Shown here in pieces: positions 23,091 through 34,900 of a DNA stretch of 52,692 bases. Source of the DNA: Ministeria vibrans ATCC 50519 (Eukaryota; Protista; Filasterea); the NCBI GenBank assembly GCA_943704425.1, contig CALSCP010000986.1:9435-62126 (forward strand), written 5' to 3'. The notes beneath the pieces were generated by a model. That model made no database searches and had not been told where the DNA came from. It worked only from the letters and a program-made list of their open reading frames with translations. The position numbers and the translations under genes were made by a program. Positions within the stretch are counted from its first letter, which is position 1; every line of letters begins with the position of its first letter.

Positions 23091-25593
23091 ATGTCCCATT
23101 TCAATTTTCCACGCGATCTCCGCGAGAGTCGAGGTAGGCTGCTTCTCTGCCTACCGTCGTTATGCATCACTACCAGTCTATGTCCTATGACCATGCTCCG
23201 CTTCGCCCCAGCGGCGTCCCTGTGACTTGAAGTTCACGTCTTATTTTTGTTGTCGTTATCTTTATCGTCCTTCCCCCCCGCACCATGTTCCTGCACTTCC
23301 TGCTGTTTGCTGTTTTTTATACGTGCGTTGATACACCTTCTCAGTCAAAGAAAAGAGGAGCGGTTATGGCGTAACTTTGGAAGAGAAATATATAAACGAA
23401 ATATAAACAACACCAAAATCCCTCTTCACAGGTAAACTGGCCTACGTTGTGTCACCTTCGGGGCGTGAAGGCATCAGTCGTAGCAACACATCCGTTGCCA
23501 CTGCTAAACTGTGCATATCGCTTGTTCTGGACGGCTTCCGAGTTCAGTGTGTCTCCGACCGACCGGCACCGGCATGCGCACAGGCAGGTATCACGCTGAG
23601 GCGTCTCACATGGAGCCACTACCCACGCCTTACCGTCTCAAACATCGAGAAGTCGTTCCGAGCCACGGGTGCATTGACTTTGGTCTACCTCATTGGCGAA
23701 AGTGCTCTGGTGAACGGCCAAGTGGGCCTCCGTCTCGGCGACCACGACGCTGTTCTCACGTCTCACCACCTGCGCAGTTTCATTCTGTCGTCGAGTTGCC
23801 GCAATTTTCTTGTTGTTGCCGACTTTGCAGAGTCCGACGCCTGGCTCGGAGATGACGGAGATCTTGTGGAGCTTTTCGGTGTGTACGACAATTTTGACAA
23901 CGACGCTCTGGCGCAGCTGTGGCAGCCCTCCGTCGAGCTTCTGTGTGCACCCGGAAAGCCCCTCACTTCCTCCTATCAACACGGCACGCTTTTGGTGGGT
24001 GCTCTCTGTCCAAGGGTGTGGGGCCACGCCGCTGTGTTTGGTGACCGCAGTGTGGACAACTTCAACGCGGAAATGGAGTGCGCCACCCTGCTCCATTTGC
24101 AACTCTCGATTGAGCTCGCAATGCAAGACGACGCCGCTTCCATTGGTCACTTCGCCGATGTCACCGCAATGATTGGGCGGTTTCCTATGCCCGCCGACTT
24201 CAACAACGCGGGCGCCTACCTCCTGTGCTTTGCGGCGTACGAAGACGCCATGCTTGTGGAGCCGCCACCGATGGTCGACGCCCGAGACGATGAGCTCATC
24301 TACCTCGCTGGACAGGAGACGATTGAGCTCCCCCGCAACGTTGGGCACGCCGCAAACGACCCGTCCGAGGCTGCCTTCTTGCACGCGCTGAACAGCATCG
24401 TTGCGGTGATCGTGGAGCGAGACCAGCGAGACATGTGGTCGATTGCGTCCGTCGCGAGCTCGTCAGGCGCGGAAGAGCGCTCATTCTGCAGCTTCCGCGT
24501 GATTCGCGAAACAACCATAGAGTGCATCTTGGGCGACTTGACGAAGATCAAACTGGCGGCGCGCAACGGGCGACAGCGAGACAAACGCAAGTACGAGTTA
24601 ATGGAGGATTTGCTCTCCCTGCTGCCCTTTGTGAGCAGCACCAGCGACGAGGGTGTCGCCCATGACTTGCTCGTCTGCAGTATGCCTTCGCACAGGCACC
24701 ACGCCCCTCTCCACGACAACATGCGCTTGAGAGCGCTTGAGTATCTCGCCGACCATGACCTCATCGAGTGGCTACCCGGCAGCCGTCTCGTCGCCTTCCG
24801 TGTGGCTCCTCGTGTGCTTTCATGCATTTGCGACGTCTTTGGCGTGACGCAGAGCTGGGTCCGCGTGATGAGCATGCTCGACTATGCCGCAGTGCAACTC
24901 ACAGCGCAGCCCATCAACGAAACCCTTGCGCGCCATGCAAAAGAGGTCATGAAGTGGGCCCTGTGTGCGTTGGGGCTTACAAACCTCGACGACCGCGTCA
25001 ACCGGGGACCGTACGTCGTTGCGCGCGACTGCCACTGTGAGGCACTCACTGCACTCGCGCACTCACTGTGCGACTGGTGCTACACTCACGAGCGCACAAC
25101 AGTGTCTCTTAACATGCTGCAGACCATTGGCGAGGCTGCCTTGCAGTTCAGCAGCAACTACTGGGAGACGTGCAAAGAGGCAAAGCTGCAGCGAATCAAT
25201 GTGTTGACCATCCTCGGTGCAGGCGAGGCCGAGGCCATCCGAGAAATGGTCTCGCACGGCGACCACAGCGACGGCAACACGGTTGCTCAGCTCGAGCGCG
25301 ACGCTGTAAAGCACTTGGATGAAGCAACGATCATTATCAGTGGACTCCGCTCCAACGAATGCATTGTTCCCCTCAGTCGCATTGGCGGTGCCTATCCTAA
25401 ATTGCCGCACCGTGAGAGTACGTACCTCGAAGCTTTCACGCGCTTTACCCACTTCTCGCACAGCTTCCCTCCCACTCCTCTCTCTCCCGCTCCTTCCCCT
25501 CCCCCCACCGTCATCCGTCCCAACAATACCCTCGACTCTGCTTGCGTTTGCATTGACTTTATGGCCCACCACAGTGTTGAGAGCTACGATTAA
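23091..25593 (+). CDS. Uncharacterised ~730-aa protein with a degenerate caspase-like (CHAT/metacaspase) N-terminal domain, a STAND-type winged-helix-like segment and a helical C-terminus
   Basis: Exon 1 23091-23133, phase-1 intron to 23431, then a 2.1-kb open frame with coding-like composition. Domain calls come from pattern resemblance only. Confidence 0.7.
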
Positions 25594-25654
25594 TTTTGCG
25601 CGTGAAAATTATAACAATAATAATAAAATTAATACAAAGACACTCGTTTGGAAA

Positions 25655-28539
25655 TCAGTCGTCACAATCCGACCAAAAGTAGTCCTGCGGCTCCTCATCG
25701 GCACTTTCCCCCTCCCTCTCCTTCTTCCTCGTCTTCGCATCTTCTTCCGCTCTCATCAGTTTCACTGCCTTTTCCATTCGTTTCTTTGTTGTCTGTTGAC
25801 TTGTCTTCTTTTCTTTCCCTGGCGATTTCACCCTATAAAAAAGCAGACGCGTCAAACTCTTCTCCTTTGTTCTTTCTTAGTGTTCCCTTTTATACTTTTT
25901 CATCGGGACATTTCGGCGAAAGAGTTTCTTTCGCGTCGCATTGACAAAGGACACATATCGGTCCGTCAGAGTTCGGTCAATGGGCCGTTGCATCAGATTG
26001 CTCTGTTTGCGCAGCGGACTCCCGTCGAGAGACGACACACTTGACGCCACAGAGAGCGCAGAGTGAGGGGTCTGTACTCTACATAAGACACAAAGGTAAG
26101 CGGTTCGGTCAATTTTTGTTTGGGTATTTGATTGTGGTTATTTTGTTTGGGTATTTGATCGTGGTTACTGAATTCGGGCGGATATTCGAACGGGCGTTTT
26201 GAGATCTGTTGTTGAGTCGTCGCGTGAATCGCTTGTGGCGTCCGCAAACAAGTCATCTTCATGTCCCTTGTTTGCTGCATCCAACACAGCGCGAATCTAT
26301 ACAGTGAAAAAAAACACAAAAAAAAAACAAAAAACAAAAACAAAACAACAAGCAGCGTGAGTATATAGCAAGTCACCTTCATGTGTATTACCTGCTGAGT
26401 CCGTTTCTGTGTTCCCACTCCCGCAGTAATCATAACCTTCTCTTCTTCCTCCATTTCCTCTCCTCCTCCATCTTCTTCCTCCTCCTCCTCCTCTCCTTCT
26501 TCTTCCGATGCCTCTGAGTCGCTCTCTGAGTCGCTCGCTTGCTTGGTGTGCTCCTGAAAACACTCAATTGCCGTTTTGCTCTCGACAATCTGTGAAATCT
26601 ACAAAAATAATAAAAAAAGAGTTTGAATCGCACGTAATATTATATATATTATATATTTAAAAAATCTAGAATATACCCGCAGCCAAAAGTTTGATTTGGT
26701 GGGATGAACTTGAGCGATTGCCTTTGCCAGACGCACTTTCTCGGCGATACTCCACTTTCCCTCTGTCTCCTCCTCACTACTACTGCTACAACCACTCATG
26801 CTACTACTCTCTCTTCTCCTCAGCTGTCTCTGATTCCTCTTCTTCTTCTTCTTCTTCTTGTGACGCGTCCCTCCCGTCATCGCATACTCCTCATCACTGC
26901 TCTCACTCTCCTCCTCACTACTACTCCATATTTCTTCTTCTTCTTCTTCTGCCTTCCTCTCACTGCTCTTCTCCTTCTTCTTCTTCTGCTGTTCTCCCTT
27001 GCGCACTTTCCGTCTCTTTTGCTTTGCCACCTGCACAATCTGAAACAAGTTTGGTTTGCGTAACACTCGTCCCTTCAGACTCACTCTCTCCTCCTCCACT
27101 TGTGCCTCTTCTCTAGCCCCTTCCTCCTCCTCCTCCTCCTCCTCCTCCTCCTCCTCTCTCTTTCTCTTCCGCCCTTTTTTCTCCTTCTTCTCCTTCTTCT
27201 CCTTTTTCTCCTTCTTCTCCTTCTCCTTTTTCTCCTTCTTCTCCTTCTTCTTTTGTGGCTTCTTCTTCACCTGCTCTCTTCCTTCCACACTCCCCAACGT
27301 CTCCTCTTCCTCATCAAACCACACTGCTCCCTTGGTGCGCTCTTCTCGCGCCCGAATCTTCTCATACTCAATCCGCTCCAAATTTCTACTCACACAAACC
27401 ACAACACTCAAACGTGAGTAACATGTAAAACGAAGCAATTTGTTTGTTACTGGAAGTAGTGCTCAAGCGGCACAAACTGGCCCGAGGCGTCACGAACAAA
27501 CTCGTTTTTCACGCCAGGAGGAGGATTGCGCATGCGACGCACGGTGAGGGTCGCCAGGACAGCAGAACGATCAATAAGCCCACGCGTAGAAAGAGCCATC
27601 GTGGGTGGCGGTGGTGGTAGTGAGGGATGTCGGTAGCGCGTGGCGGTAGTCGAAGTAGTGGATTGATAAGGGCGAAGTTGCGGTTCTGCCGTCTTTGGCT
27701 GACTAGTGTAGCGCTGCTTTTGGGGGGTTGCCAATACAGTGTGTGAAAACGGTTCAAAAACAAGTTTGATGTGTGCCTTACCTTGGTCTGACGAAGCGAC
27801 TGTAGTGAAAGGGGAAGGAATGGAAGAAGAAGAATTTAGGTTTAGTGTGTTTGTTTGCGTCTTATTACCTTTTGGGTTGGACTGTTTTCGTTTTCCTTTT
27901 CCCGACTCGCATCCACCAAGGCACTGATCCACTTCGTCCAACTGCAATGGAAACACACGATGCGAGTCAAGAGGCGTCTGTCTCGTTCCTCTCTTCTGCG
28001 CTCTTACTGCTTGGGAAAGCCATGCGTGAACTTCTCGACAAGTTGAATGTTGACTCCTGTCTGCTGCAGACACGCCTCGCGGTCCATCGGGCCCGCCAAG
28101 TGATAGATCGAGCCCGAAGCAGTGGCGACGTATCGTGAGCCCAGACGCTTTGTGATCACAGAGGTGGTCCAGAGCATTTCGTTGCTGGACGAATGCCCAA
28201 CGTCGTCGTCGTCGTCGTTGCCGCTGCTCTCAGCGTCCGGCCGTGTGCGCATACCAATCACAAGGATCTGCACTGTTCTGATACCCGCAGAATGAGTCAC
28301 GTGGGGGCGCAAGTACCACTTTCGCAGGAGAATGGCTGAAAGGAATATTTGAATATTTTTCAAAAATGCAATTGAACTTGAGAGGCTCAACGCGTACTGT
28401 TTTCGGGTGGTGCACAAGGGATCGTAGTGGTAGTGGTCGTTGTGGTGTGTTGGAATGGCCCGGCGGCGGTTGCGGCGTTGGGGTCGTCTGAAGAGAACAG
28501 CGAGCGCGCAGCATGCCACGCAGCGGACCACACGGACAT
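25655..28539 (-). CDS. MIS18BP1: Mis18-binding protein 1 / KNL2 (CENP-A loading factor)
   Basis: SANTA domain (LLRKWYL...WTTSVITKRLGSRYVATASGSIYHLAGPMD...FTHGFPKHW), SANT/Myb (WSIAEKVRL...SNFW...KTAIEC), and C-terminal ITAGVGTQKRTQQ|IRAVLD...HEDDLF resembling animal M18BP1. Multi-exon. Confidence 0.85.
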
Positions 28540-28953
28540 GGCGGCTGCAAGGACGACTTGAAAGAGTGCTAGAGAGTCAAAGGCTCCAGAGTTGGGGCTG
28601 AGAATTAATGATTTATGAAATATGACTTGTGAGTAATTTGCTTAAGTTATAATTTGAGTACAGCTCTTAATTTTTTTTATTTTTTCTCACTTCTGTCTTC
28701 TGAACTTTGGGCTGTTAATGGCTTTTCCGTACGTCTTTTGTTTTGTGATTGATAATACATATTGTCATACGAAAATATAATCAAAAATAAAATAATTTAT
28801 TATGAAAGTAAAATATTTATTATTATAAATAAGGAGAAGAATTATACAATGCTTGCGCCATATACCAGCCCCCAAAAGATGGACCACCCATAGACCCACA
28901 AATATGCTCCCGTAGCAAATAAAATGAGAGAAAAGTTTACTCAAAAATAAGAA

Positions 28954-31900
28954 TCAGACACACAAGTGACACAACAACTTGTTGACGGCAACATCCCAGG
29001 ATGGACCCAGCTGTAGACGGTAGGGCAGTGACGGCGTGGTGCGTTCGGCAACTTTAAGCCACAGATTGCCGCGTACCATCAGATGCTGCTGCGCAGAGTC
29101 AACAAAGCGTTGGGTCGCAAAGTAGGCACGCAAGACGGCCACCACAAGCGCCGTGCCAATAAGCGCATAGGCCCTCTCGCTTGCCTCCACGCCCAATGAC
29201 CGAATCCCCGCCATGTGCAGCATCTCCATAATTCGCTCGAGCGACGTACCCAACGCCCCGTGGAGAGACACGTCACGCACGTCCCACGCGCCGTCCGCAC
29301 GACAGCAACTCTTCAGACGTTCCATGTCCACTCGCGCTGCACACATTTTGATGCCCCGTGTCAGCTCGTCCGCCACCGGCACGTCCACACACAGCACCTT
29401 GTACATCAACCTGCCATCGTAGCCCCCTCGGTCGCGTGTCTGACTCTCCTCAAACCCAGTCGCCGTCTCGATAGTTGTTTCCTTCTCGGTGTTGCTCGAT
29501 TTCATAAACTGCTTCGATGACAACCGCCTCTGCTCCACCTCCTTCTTCATGCGTCGTGGTGACACACACTTCTCACTATGTACGTTGCGTATCACCTGGT
29601 CTCTCTGTTCTTCAAGTTCCCGCACGGTATCCGCCGGAATACTCTCCGTCTCCACCAACGATTGGAAATTCTCACGACGTCCACGTTCCTTCGGTTCCGC
29701 ATCTCCTGTCGACTGCACCTTGCTACGCAACCGCAGTTTCTTCAATGGCAACGGCGCTGTCACACTCGTCGGAGTGGGCACAACAGGCGTTGCTGCTACT
29801 GCTGCGGGCTTCTTGGGCATTGGCTTAGCCTTGGGCCGCGGCGCAACATTGAGTGCCTCACTCAGTTCTGATTCTTCTCGACTGTCACAAAAGCGCGCCT
29901 TAAACGAATGCGCTGGTGGCACAGCAGCAGCAGCGGCGGCAGCAACAAATAATTCGTGGTGTGCTGTTGATTCGGTCGTTTCCTCCTTGTCCTTGAAGAC
30001 CTCCCTGGCAATCTTGGAAGTACCACCACCATCCCCATCAGAACTCCAATCTTCATCGCTGCTACAATCATCGTCATCATCATCATCACCACCACCACCA
30101 CCACCACCACCACCACCATCACCACCACCACCAGGCCCACTTGCTTTGGTACTGCCGGCAAGTGTTGAGCGCCGACTCGACAGCATCGAGAGTAGACTAT
30201 CAAACGTGTCGGTGGGAGGTGCCTGTTCCGCGAGGGGCTTAGAGTCACGCGTGACAGGCGTCTTTGACAGAGACTTTCCGAAGCGGATGCTCGACAGTAG
30301 TCCCGCCCTTTCGCTTGTACTGGTCGATTCTTGCGCCGGAGCAGAATCTCTAACGGTAGCAAAGCCACTGGATGGTGGGGCCGGCGGCGGCGGCGGCGCT
30401 TGCACACAGGCGGGAGGCGGACAGGGTGCAGGCGAGGCTGCAGTGGCCTGGCAAAATTTGTTGCCACGAAGGCGGTCCGAAAGCGAAGCCATCTTGCCAC
30501 CACGAGAGGCACCCTTGCCACCCAACTTACCAAACAAGCCAGTGCGAGCGGTTTCCGTGGTCGGAGGTGCAGGAGGCGGAGGCGGACCGGCACCAAACGC
30601 AAGTCTTTGAGCAGGTGGTGGAGGCGGAGGTGGACCAGCACCAAACGCAAGTCCTTGGGCAGGTGGTGGAGGCGGAGGTGGACCACCGCCACCGACACTG
30701 GGTGGTGATGGTGCAGAAGAAGGTGCCGGCGGCGGAGAGAGTCTTCGGTGATGACTCCTTCCTAGTGCCACACGTGGCTCTTCCTGTGCCACCTCCAGCT
30801 TAGGTTTGATCACCAACATGTTCTTTTGCTTCTCATCAGGCAACGTGAAAAGTGAGGTCTCACCCGCATCGTCATCACACAGGTCCATCGAAACTTTGTG
30901 AAATCCTCCAAATTTGCGCTTCTTCATCTTCTTCTTTGTCTCTTCCCGTCGGTCCTCCTCTTCTTCCTCTTCTTCCTCCTCTTCTACTTCTTCTTGGCAC
31001 GCCTCCTCTAAATCGTACTCGCATTCATCCGCTTCGCCGCCCTCAAAATTGATGGCGTTCCCATACGCACCAGGTTTCCCGTTTTCACAGCTGTGCGAGT
31101 CCGAGAAAAACGACGTATCACTACGCATGTCACCGCCTTCTTCCTCGTCCATCGACGCGGAACCCCAAGAGTCAAGCGAAGATGCATTGTTCTCGTCTTT
31201 GATCTGTGCACTTCCAACGCTACCACTCGAATGACGGCGACTGTTATCGGCGGGTGCTGGCATGGCGGCCATCGCAAACGATGACGAGTCGGGAATCGGC
31301 GGACGAGGCGCACGCTCAAAAGGGCTGCGCAGCGAGAGAATGCCGCGCTTGCTGACCGCCTCATCGCCAATGTAGCTGTCCTTCTGGCCCATGCCTACCA
31401 TCACCCCTTGATGGCGGGGCCGTCCTACCAGCGACCGAAACACCGTATCGGGTGCTTCGTGGCCCGCAAACCCAGCCTATGAAAAATCCACAAAATGGAT
31501 CGTAATAATATTATAAATTAATACTAATAAATTTATTATTATTATTATTATTATTATTAAAATAATACTTTGTACCTTGGTTGTGTCCGCGCCCATGTCA
31601 ATGACACAGGGAAGAATATCGTCTTCCTCCATTGCCTGTGCTTCTTCCATCGATGCAAAAAAATTGTTGTCGTCATTCTTCTCCATGGGCTCGGGAATGG
31701 GTGGCGGAGTGGGGGCGTCGGCGCACTCAAACACAGACTTGTCCTTCACCGAAACAGCATCAACTAATTTGGGCGCATGAGGGGACCGTCGGTTTCGCCT
31801 TAGCGACTCCTGCCCCGCCGCTGGATCCATCTCTTTCTTGGGTTCACCGCGCAAGCGCAACACAAGGTGCAGAGTGGCATCCTCGCCGACGTTGTAGCTC

Positions 31901-34900
31901 TCCAGCAGATCCGAGTCCGCTCCCAACTGACGTCCACCAAAGATGATGCGTTGCTGGTCGGCTGGGATTCCTTCTTGATTCTGCACGGACCGCTTTAGAT
32001 CGGCCACAGTGACAAGGTCACTAACAGTGATTGTCTTGCCCGTGAGTGACTTCACGTGCAGTCGTCGTCGAGTGGCACGGTTTCGCGAGGGCACTCGTAA
32101 TGATTCGGCACTCGATTCTTGCACACGTCGACGCTCCTCCTCGCGTTCTCGCTTCAACTCGAGCTCGTCAAGACGCTCAGCTTCACGTTGCTCCTCAACG
32201 CGACGCTGCGCTTCGTCCAAAATCTCCTCGGCATAGCCCGACGACCCTCGCAGTTCGGCTGCAATCGTCGAGTGTTGCTCGGCGAGTCGCAGAAACTCGC
32301 TTGCGTACTCTTCGGCTTCGACGTGCGATCGCTCCTGCAACGCCATGCTCCACAGCTGTGCTGCACACTGCATACGAGTCCACACACAATCGTCATTGGT
32401 AGATTCGTTGTCATCGTCATCATCGGTGATCGTAATTTGCTCGGCGGCTCGCTCGTACACATTGCTGAGCATCAGGCGCGCACGCAGTGCATTGCCCATG
32501 GTAAACGCCTGGTCTGCCTCGCCCACAAGCTGCAACACGCGCACACGGTCGTGTACATCCACCGGACCACTAGTGCCACCACTCCCATCACCATCATGCG
32601 CAGACGACTCCTTGCTGTCGTCGTTGAAGCCGATGTACGCGAGCTCATCAACCGTCTCGGCAGCAACCAGCTCGGCAACAGAGGGCGCATCACGTGGTAC
32701 CTCTTCACCCTCGTGACGTTCCTCAATCGCCACAAAGCTAGTGTGCTGCGTGACAATCTGATACTCAATGCTCATGCGCGTAATAGCGTCCTTGGTGGTT
32801 CTCTTGCGCATCTTGCACTCAACGGCATCGTCCGCAAACGCGCCCTCTTCCCAGTCACGAATCATGCTGCGCGCCGCCAACTGGTGCAACGTACGCCCAT
32901 GGCGGTCCTTGTGGCCCTCGGCCGTGACCACCGTCTCAATGGGCATGCCATTGGCGCGAGCGTGCAGCTTCGCCTGACGACAGTACCCCACAAAGCCATA
33001 GATGAGCTGACGCGTGCCCGAATAGAGCGACACAATTCGAGCGGGTGCTTGCACGTTGCCATTGTCATCGCCGTCCGCATCGTCTCGGTGCGTGATCCAT
33101 TCAACACGCACATCGCTGAGTGCCATGCGACTCGCACGTTCAACTTGTGCGCGCAACTGATGCCGCCAGCGCGACTTCTTGTCGTCCACAAGCACCTCGC
33201 AACAGCCTCCGCCACACCGCGCCAGCGCACGTACCATGTAGCGTGCACAGCCTTCGCCACAGCCCACAGTGAACACACGCCACTGTTCACTGTGCGTGCG
33301 CACCTGTGCCTGCACCTGCACACCTCCACTTGACAGATTGCCATCTGTAAATACAATGGCATTGCGCACGTGCGATGATGACGACGACGACGACGACGAC
33401 GACGACTTGCACACGTGATGTTCTGTCTCGGTAAGCACATAAAGCGACTGAAGTGCGCTCGCAAGGTCCGAACCGCCCCAATTCGCTTGGGCGTGCGTTA
33501 CATAGTCAATCGCACGCAAAATGGAGTCACCATCGTGACACGGCTGTGCGGTGGGAAAGAGATAGTCGTGACCCGAACCAAAGGTAAGCAGATTGAAGCG
33601 ACAGGAGGACGCGAGGGTGGGATCGTCACGGAGCGACTCGAGCGTTCCAATGACGGCTGTTTTGAGCGAGGCCAGAGCGCCTTGTTCTGCCATGGACGCC
33701 GACTGATCCAACACAAGCACAATGTCGGTGTGGGCGGCACGCGGTGCTTCAAACTCGGGATAAAACGCGAGCATGCACGCCTGATGGCCCGACGTTGGAT
33801 CCATTTCAACAGTCATGCGCGGCACATGAATCTCGGCAAGGCCTACCAGAAGGGTAAAGTCACCGCCAAGCGAACAGGAGCCGGCATGCACCAATCGTGC
33901 CGTCGCGAGAGTGTCGGTGCGCTTGAGACGGACCGAATCGGCATGTGTGGGACTGACCAGGGTGCGAATAGGAAAGGGCATATTGACTGCGACCTCAATG
34001 GACATCTCGCCGCCATCATCTCCGTCCGTCTGCACCGTCTGCACGTCACGCTGAAGTGTTGTCGCAGCAGCGGCGTCGCGCTGACCGGGAGCCACCGAGC
34101 CCGGCAGTGTAAATGCAATGTCGTCGCCTTCGCACGCGAGCTCGGCCACATACGTGATCTTGATGAGCACCGTTGCCTTTGGCGGGAGATTGCCAACGCT
34201 CACAGTGAACACGTCGGGAGTCTCTTCGTCCATGAGGTAGGCGCCATGGCCCTTGCTGATGGCCTCGCGGTACTCGCGACGTGCCTGTTCCTTCTCTTTG
34301 ACAACTCCCACAACGTGTTTGCCATTGATGTACGCCTCAAAGCCACAGACGGCGGCGCGTTCGTCGAGCGGAAACACATACTTGGCCTCGATGGGCACCG
34401 TCGACTGGTTCTGGTAGCGTTGCAGCACGACCACACGCGACACCATGTCCTGCATGCGGGCACGCACATGGACAGCACGCAGCGGTAGACGCGCGCCACT
34501 CTTGCTCTGCAGACCCGGCACGATCTTTTCCATGGGGTTTGCCTGACTCAGTGGCTTTACGGCACCCTCACTGATATTGCAGTTGTTGTCGTTGTCTGTG
34601 GTTGGCGCTGAGACATCAAGAGTGAGAGGAGACGCCTCCGGCTGTTTTTGTTGTTTTTGTTGTTGCTGACTGATGTACTCGGAGAGGGACTGAGCGGGAG
34701 GTGGGTCAACGGGAAGGCGAAAGCGAATGAGATAGCGAAGGCGCTGTTGGGCTGGGGTATAGACGCAAAACTCGTTGCGGACAAAGTCCGACTGTGCGAC
34801 GCCCATGCTGCTGTGGAAGCCATCGGGGGCGCTGGTGAGGTGCGACTGGGGGCTCGTGAACTCTTTGGACTTGCCCAGAGCAACGTCACACACAAAGACA

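Noticed and set aside
28954-31443. Independent actin gene (ORF track starting [13 protein letters not shown])
   Set aside because: Only ~70 actin residues are present; the ORF is the last exon of PARP4 and ends in the PARP4 C-terminal domain.
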